Assembly (NCBI GenBank): GCA_021851165.1
Contig: JAJZJN010000002.1
Location: 1-51,679, forward strand
Length of the DNA: 51,679 nucleotides
Direction: 5' to 3'
DNA from: Actinomycetes bacterium
Lineage (GTDB): Bacteria; Actinomycetota; Acidimicrobiia; Acidimicrobiales; JAJZJN01
Made by a program: the position numbers and the translations under genes. Of the stretch, positions 46,977-51,679 are shown piece by piece. The notes beneath the pieces are model-generated. The model saw only the letters and a program-made list of their open reading frames with translations, was not told the origin of the DNA and did not search any database. The first letter of the stretch is position 1, and each line of letters starts with the position of its first letter.

Positions 46977-47949
46977 CGGAGCCTGCCTGTTCGTCGTGTT
47001 CCGGCGCGCCCTCGGTCGCTCGGAGGGCAGCGGACAGCCTTTCCATGCCAGCCGCGTCCGTCACGGCCACTCTTGCCACCCCGGGGAGACCGAACCCGGC
47101 ACAGTCCCGGACGAGCACCCCACGCGGTGCGAGGCGCTGCCTCAGGCCATGCGCATTACCGACGAGCACCCAATTCGCGTCCGACCTCCTGGGAGACAGC
47201 CCATGCGCATCCAGAAGTCCCGCCAGCTCGCGCCGTGCGCGCCGTACAGCCCTGGCCCAGCCCGGCAGATCGGCCATGTCGAGCAACTCCGGAAGCACCT
47301 CGACCGCGAGGGAATTGACCGACCACTGAGGCTTCCGCTCGCTTATGACAGATGCCAAACGAGCGTCAGGCGCCACCACATAACCTATCCGAAGCCCTGG
47401 ACAGGCGAAGAGCTTGGTCAGCGATCCGATCACCACGGCTCCGCGCGACGCAGCATCCCCTCTGGTCCAGAGGCCGGTGGCAAGCGGGAAGAATGCTTCA
47501 TCCCACACGTCGGCCGACTCGTCCGGCTGCGCCAGAAGGCCCGTGGGATTGTGCGGGTTGGATCGGAACACAGGCCCCGACGGGTCGAGGCCGCTGGGCC
47601 CGAGTGCAAGAAGATGTCTCCGATACAGCGAGAACTCCGGCTCGCCCGCCCATCCATGACTCAGCACGCCCGCCACCAGAGCGATGGCCTCGGAGCCGCC
47701 ATTGGTGAGCACCACACAATCTGGGTCGATTCCCATCGCACCAGCCAGCGCATCGCGGGCTGCCGAGTCGTCCGGGTAGCGGGCGAGAGCGCCGCTGTCG
47801 AGGTGCGGGGCGACCAGACGCGCCACATCCGGCGCGAAGGGATTCAAGCTGACCGAGAGATCGAGAATGGCTGACGGATCGAGCCCCAGGTGCCGCGCGA
47901 CTGCAAGCACGTCTCCTCCATGGGCACCCGGGGGTGGTACAGCGGTCAA
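46969..47949 (-). CDS. cobC: PLP-dependent threonine-phosphate decarboxylase-like protein (CobC/CobD)
   Basis: HGG, LDLSVSLNP, NPHNPTG, DEAF, SLTKLFACPGLRIGY, LVRDC..F; TTGA overlap with cbiB. Confidence 0.88.
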   Translation of the reverse strand: MTAVPPPGAHGGDVLAVARHLGLDPSAILDLSVSLNPFAPDVARLVAPHLDSGALARYPDDSAARDALAGAMGIDPDCVVLTNGGSEAIALVAGVLSHGWAGEPEFSLYRRHLLALGPSGLDPSGPVFRSNPHNPTGLLAQPDESADVWDEAFFPLATGLWTRGDAASRGAVVIGSLTKLFACPGLRIGYVVAPDARLASVISERKPQWSVNSLAVEVLPELLDMADLPGWARAVRRARRELAGLLDAHGLSPRRSDANWVLVGNAHGLRQRLAPRGVLVRDCAGFGLPGVARVAVTDAAGMERLSAALRATEGAPEHDEQAGSDG

Positions 47950-49208
47950 TTCGCCATGCCCGCTTCCTCGCTGCTGGCAACTTGCTCGCGGCCGCCGTCG
48001 GCCCGCCGGTGCCGCGCACCCCTGTCGCGGCCGAATGTCCACCTAGCCAGCTCGCTCGTGTAATGCCAGATCACAGGGCTGCACAGCGAGCACGCGAGCA
48101 GGGCCGACACGTCCCGGCTCAGTCTGACCGAACGGGCGATGTCCTTCACCTCCGGGGCCTTGCCTCGTCCGAGACGCGCCCGTACCTCCACGATGGAGCC
48201 GTATCGGTTCTCCCCGCCTAGGCGCAAGTCGAGAGCAGCGGCAAATGCCGCTTCGGCTACACCTGCGTTCGGGGAGGGATGCCTGGGGGCGTCCTGCGTG
48301 ACGGCACGCCAGATCGGGCGCGCCTGGCGAGGACGCACCGCCACGACGCACGCAGCGGTCAGGCGTGCAGGAAGCCAGTTCGCCACGTCGTCCAGGCGGG
48401 CGCTTGCCCATCCGAACCTGGCGTAGCGTCCGTCGCGATATCCAACCATCGAGTCGAGCGTGTTGACCGCCCGGTAGGCAAGAGCACCCGGCGCACCGGC
48501 CAGGGCTCCCCACAACGCTGGCGCCACCACCGCGTCGACACTGTTCTCGGCTACTGATTCCACCACCGCCCGTGCCATCTCCTCAGCTCCGAGGCCGGCC
48601 GGGTCGCGCCCGACAAGAGCGTTCAATGCCAGGCGAGCACTATCGAGGTCGCCCGAATCGAGCATGCCCGCTACCTCCGTTGCACTGCGCCGGAGACCCC
48701 TGCCGGCACTGGCTACACATACCGCGGCCGCTGCAGACAGAACTTCCACCGTCCCCACGCCCCGCGATGCTCGCCTGGCACAATCCGTCTTCCCGGGACC
48801 GCCGCACCAGCATCCACGATGTCTGGAAGGAACAGCCGCACGGAGCAGTCGGGCTGCCCCGGCCGTCGCAGCGATAGTTGCAATCCCGGCCACGAGGCCG
48901 CTCGCCACCCCGGCAATCGCGAGCATCACACCAGACACACGGCTGTCCCGCCACCACCTGCTGTCCCAGTGGCCCACCAGCTTGCCGAACAGAGCCACCG
49001 GATGGACGCGTTGTGGCGGCTCACCAAGAAGCCTGTCGCACAGAAGGCCGAGAGATGCCCCCGCCCCGTAGAGCCAGGTCCGGGTCACTGGCACACGGGT
49101 CACTGGCACACGGGTCACTGGCACACGGGTCACTGGCACACGGGTCACTGGCACACGGGTCACTGGCACACGGGTCACTGGCACACGGGTCACTGGCACA
49201 CGGGTCAC
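47946..49208 (-). CDS. cbiB: Adenosylcobinamide-phosphate synthase CbiB (CobD)
   Basis: GEP..HPV, VGRD, ESVAEN..D, YRAVNTLDSMVGY, ARLDDVANWLPAR, HPSPNAG..EA; GAGGAG RBS before GTG 49208. Confidence 0.93.
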   Translation of the reverse strand: MTRVPVTRVPVTRVPVTRVPVTRVPVTRVPVTRVPVTRVPVTRTWLYGAGASLGLLCDRLLGEPPQRVHPVALFGKLVGHWDSRWWRDSRVSGVMLAIAGVASGLVAGIATIAATAGAARLLRAAVPSRHRGCWCGGPGKTDCARRASRGVGTVEVLSAAAAVCVASAGRGLRRSATEVAGMLDSGDLDSARLALNALVGRDPAGLGAEEMARAVVESVAENSVDAVVAPALWGALAGAPGALAYRAVNTLDSMVGYRDGRYARFGWASARLDDVANWLPARLTAACVVAVRPRQARPIWRAVTQDAPRHPSPNAGVAEAAFAAALDLRLGGENRYGSIVEVRARLGRGKAPEVKDIARSVRLSRDVSALLACSLCSPVIWHYTSELARWTFGRDRGARHRRADGGREQVASSEEAGMAN

Positions 49209-49212
49209 TGGC
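49081..49212. repeat. 15-bp perfect tandem repeat x8.8 at the cbiB 5' end
   Basis: CGGGTCACTGGCACA eight times plus 12 nt; encodes (VTRVP)n. Confidence 0.97.
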
Positions 49213-49218
49213 TGCTCC

Positions 49219-49938
49219 TCACCAGCGTGCCGCGGCCATGACAAGGGCGACTGTCTCGGTCACCACGCCTGCGGCCCCGAGCACATCTCCGGTGAACCCC
49301 CCGAGGCGGCGCCTGGCCAGGACCAGCAGCGCGGCCCCGGCGGCGAGGCCCACCACCACGGCAATCGGACCTTCAACCGATCTCCACAGCGCGCTGCAGC
49401 CAATTGCCACAGCCAATCCGGCTCCCGCCGCCGCCATGATCATCCAGCGCCTGGGGAAGCCCCCCAGGAACGCGGTGGCAAGCCCACCCTCTGGGCGCGC
49501 GTATGGCAGGGTCATGGCGGCAATCGCCATCAACGCACGAGCCGCAGCCCAGAGCCCTGCGAGCAGCCACGGGTTTGCCGCAAGGCTGGCCAGGGCTGCC
49601 CATCTCAACAGAAGCGTCGCTCCTCCTATGGCCGTTGCGAACGCTCCCACCGATGAGTCGTGCATCACCTCCAACCGCCTGGATCGGGTCCCGTGGAGGA
49701 ACAGGCCGTCTGCCGAATCGAGCAGGCCGTCCATATGGAGCATCCCTGTCAATCCCAGGTCACAGGCGACGACTATTGCCGCAGCCAGCATGGGCGACCA
49801 GAGCTTCCCTGCTCCCCACCAGATGCCCCCCAGGAGCATCCCGATCGCAAGTCCCACCTCGGGGAACCATGCCAGGGCATTCGGGGTAGGCGATCTCGCC
49901 CCACCAAGCGGTGTCAGGAAAGCCAGGGCCTGGCGCAT
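49219..49938 (-). CDS. cobS: Adenosylcobinamide-GDP ribazoletransferase (cobalamin synthase)
   Basis: FLT, LTGMLHMDGLLDSADG, MHDSSVGAF, LGGFTGDVLGA..E. Confidence 0.95.
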   Translation of the reverse strand: MRQALAFLTPLGGARSPTPNALAWFPEVGLAIGMLLGGIWWGAGKLWSPMLAAAIVVACDLGLTGMLHMDGLLDSADGLFLHGTRSRRLEVMHDSSVGAFATAIGGATLLLRWAALASLAANPWLLAGLWAAARALMAIAAMTLPYARPEGGLATAFLGGFPRRWMIMAAAGAGLAVAIGCSALWRSVEGPIAVVVGLAAGAALLVLARRRLGGFTGDVLGAAGVVTETVALVMAAARW

Positions 49939-49943
49939 GACGC

Positions 49944-50552
49944 CTACTCGGCCCGACCGGGAACGGCGAGCTCGAGGATCCGCCCAGCAACTACCAGTAC
50001 CGCTCGTTCAGCCACTCGCGCGACTGCCTGGTTGATGGCACCGAGTGCATCGGCGAACCTCCGGCCCGACTCTGTGGGCGCATGGACCCCGAGACCGACC
50101 TCCTCGCTCACTACCAGCGTCGGAAGCGCTTGGCCCGAGCGCAGCGCGATGGCATCGCACAATGCCTGCACCTGAGCAGCACTCGGATCTCCTCCGGCGA
50201 CCCACGTGCCAAGCGAGTCGACCAATGCCACGCCGTTCACCTGGGCCAACATCCCGGCAAGGTCCCCTCCAGGAGGGACCTCAACCGTCTGCCATGCTGC
50301 AGGCCGCCTCCGACGATGGTCGTCCACTCGGGCATCCCAGTCGGGATCTCCGCCACCCGGAGCGGCTCCAGTAGCCACATATACGACCGTCCGGGTGTCA
50401 CTTTCCCCCAGCCGGGTCGCATAGTCTGCGGCAAGTGCCTCGGCGTACTCGGATTTGCCCGAGCGCGCTCCACCGAGCACGAGCACGCTCCAGCATGCAG
50501 GCACCGGATCTGGTGCCGGATCAATCATCACGTCTCCACGTCCTCGCGTCAT
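49944..50552 (-). CDS. cobU: Adenosylcobinamide kinase / guanylyltransferase
   Basis: LGGARSGKS, YVAT, HRRRRP..W, LVDSLGTW, VSEEVGLG, FADALG..NQ, VVAG. Confidence 0.95.
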   Translation of the reverse strand: MTRGRGDVMIDPAPDPVPACWSVLVLGGARSGKSEYAEALAADYATRLGESDTRTVVYVATGAAPGGGDPDWDARVDDHRRRRPAAWQTVEVPPGGDLAGMLAQVNGVALVDSLGTWVAGGDPSAAQVQALCDAIALRSGQALPTLVVSEEVGLGVHAPTESGRRFADALGAINQAVARVAERAVLVVAGRILELAVPGRAE

Positions 50553-50601
50553 GTCTCCGGTTCCTCGAGACCGGGAGGCTCCCGGCCTCTGTGGGCCGCC
50601 G

Positions 50602-50748
50602 CGGGCAGGTTTCCTGGCTCCCGGATCGCCGCTCCCCTCGGCCTTCCCGCCCGGCTAGCCGGACCGTGGCCACGCGATGAGGATCGCTCCCCGGTGACAG
50701 TTGCGGGACAGCCCCGGACTCGCACCGGGTTCCCCACACCGCTTCAGT
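50602..50748 (-). ncRNA. Cobalamin (B12) riboswitch
   Basis: Minus strand reads GGGAACCCGGTGCGAGTCCGGGGCTGTCCCGCAACTGT...GCCAC...GGGAAGGC...GAGCCAGGAAACCTGCC (B12 box) directly upstream of cobU. Ends approximate. Confidence 0.93.
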
Positions 50749-50749
50749 C

Positions 50750-50789
50750 AGCGTACCCGAACCACGGAGCCCCTGTGGCCAGTTATCCT
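50750..50789. promoter_or_regulatory. Back-to-back -10 elements for the riboswitch transcript and leaderless cobO
   Basis: TACGCT on minus strand (50750-50755) just before the riboswitch; TATCCT on plus strand (50784-50789) 6 nt before the cobO ATG. Confidence 0.55.
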
Positions 50790-50795
50790 GTCGCC

Positions 50796-51320
50796 ATGGC
50801 AAGAGCCCAGTCGGTCGTCTTGGTCAACACCGGCCATGGTAAAGGCAAGTCCTCGGCTGCATTCGGCGTCATGGCCAGGGGCTGGGCTCGCGGCTGGCGG
50901 GTCGGAGTCGTCCAGTTCGTGAAAAGCGGCAAGTGGCAGACCGGTGAGCGCAAGCTAGCCGATCACCTGGGCATAGAGTGGCACACCCTCGGCGACGGGT
51001 TCACATGGGAGTCCACCGACCTCGACGAGACCGCGGCCAAGGGGCGCCATGCCTGGCAGGTTGCCAAGGACAAGCTCACCTCGGGTGACTACGACCTGCT
51101 GATCCTCGACGAGATCACCTACGCGATGTCGTACGGCTGGGTCCCCGTCGAAGATGTCGTCGCCGCCTTGGCAGCGCGTGCACCGTCGACCAACGTCGTG
51201 CTCACGGGACGTAACGCTCCCCAGGAGCTCGTGGATGCGGCCGACACCGTGACGGAGATGCGGAAGGTGAAGCACGCCTACGAACGCGGGATCAGCGCCA
51301 AGAAGGGGAGCGACTACTAA
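50796..51320 (+). CDS. cobO: Cob(I)yrinic acid a,c-diamide adenosyltransferase
   Basis: VNTGHGKGKSSAAFG, VQFVKS, GDGFTW, ILDEITY, VLTGR, ADTVTEM..VKH; true start ATG 50796. Confidence 0.96.
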   Translation: MARAQSVVLVNTGHGKGKSSAAFGVMARGWARGWRVGVVQFVKSGKWQTGERKLADHLGIEWHTLGDGFTWESTDLDETAAKGRHAWQVAKDKLTSGDYDLLILDEITYAMSYGWVPVEDVVAALAARAPSTNVVLTGRNAPQELVDAADTVTEMRKVKHAYERGISAKKGSDY

Positions 51321-51328
51321 CCGGCGAG

Positions 51329-51679
51329 ATGCTCGGTCCTCGCCTGGTGATAGCCGGAACACATTCGGGTGCCGGCAAGACAACCATCGCCACCGGCATC
51401 ATGGCGGCGTTGTCCCGCTCGGGTCTGAAGGTCGCGTCGGCAAAGGTGGGACCGGACTACATCGATCCCGGGTACCACTCGCTAGCCACGGGGAGGCCGG
51501 GGCGCAACATAGACACCTGGATGTGCGGATCGGACTCCCCCTCCGTGCTAGCCGCCCACGCCGCCAGGGGATCGGATCTCCTGGTGGTCGAGGGGGTCAT
51601 GGGCCTGTTCGACGGAGTCGGCTCGGGTCATGAGGCGAGCACCGCCGAAGTGGCACTGGCGCTCCAGGCGCCAGTCGTG
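51329..51679 (+). CDS. cobB: Cobyrinate a,c-diamide synthase (partial, runs off the window)
   Basis: Hand translation MLGPRLVIAGTHSGAGKTT..KVGPDYIDPGYH...GR..RNID...VEGVMGLFDG...STAEVA. Confidence 0.95.
   Translation, partial: MLGPRLVIAGTHSGAGKTTIATGIMAALSRSGLKVASAKVGPDYIDPGYHSLATGRPGRNIDTWMCGSDSPSVLAAHAARGSDLLVVEGVMGLFDGVGSGHEASTAEVALALQAPVV

Noticed and set aside
47576-47595. Partial match of the 33-bp insert to cobC (AGCGGCCT-c-GACCCGTCGGG versus AGCGGCCT-tg-GACCCGTCGGG)
   Set aside because: Only 19 matching nt with an indel, non-matching flanks and GC-rich sequence; not enough to call it the source.
37636-49212. 15-bp arrays as CRISPR arrays
   Set aside because: Head-to-tail units with no unique spacers.
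50082-50795. Long N-terminal extension of CobO in the ORF track
   Set aside because: Antisense to cobU and the riboswitch; homology begins at ATG 50796.

Overview
High-GC chromosomal window, inferred to be actinobacterial and probably Acidimicrobiia-like from MshC, PIM synthesis, F420 reductase and Rpf genes. I see no integrase, transposase, cas, rRNA or tRNA gene. Left to right: a phasin-like gene (cut by the edge), a HAD-IIA hydrolase and an MFS transporter; a candidate leaderless Zn-ribbon microprotein; an sqr-tusE-dsrE sulfur-handling operon with an AT-richer distal half; two carbohydrate (CUT1) ABC systems flanking a GH36 alpha-galactosidase, one ending in a CehA/McbA-type PHP hydrolase; a coiled-coil Rpf protein; an ABC-2 exporter; a XylFGH-like ABC with mannonate dehydratase, mannonate oxidoreductase and a broken Gfo/Idh/MocA gene; the pgsA-patA-pimA-M48 cluster; EF-G2; npdG-mshC-thrS-HIT; and a riboswitch-controlled cobalamin cluster. 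The most unusual signals are (i) an exact 36-bp repeat / 33-bp unique insert / 36-bp repeat inside the Gfo/Idh/MocA pseudogene, with the geometry of a one-spacer CRISPR unit, and (ii) three 15-bp minisatellites within 12 kb, two sharing a GGTCACTGG core and translated as peptide tails on MshC and CbiB. All family calls come from motif recognition; no database search was run. Several start codons are my re-picks from RBS, -10 or gene-overlap evidence.
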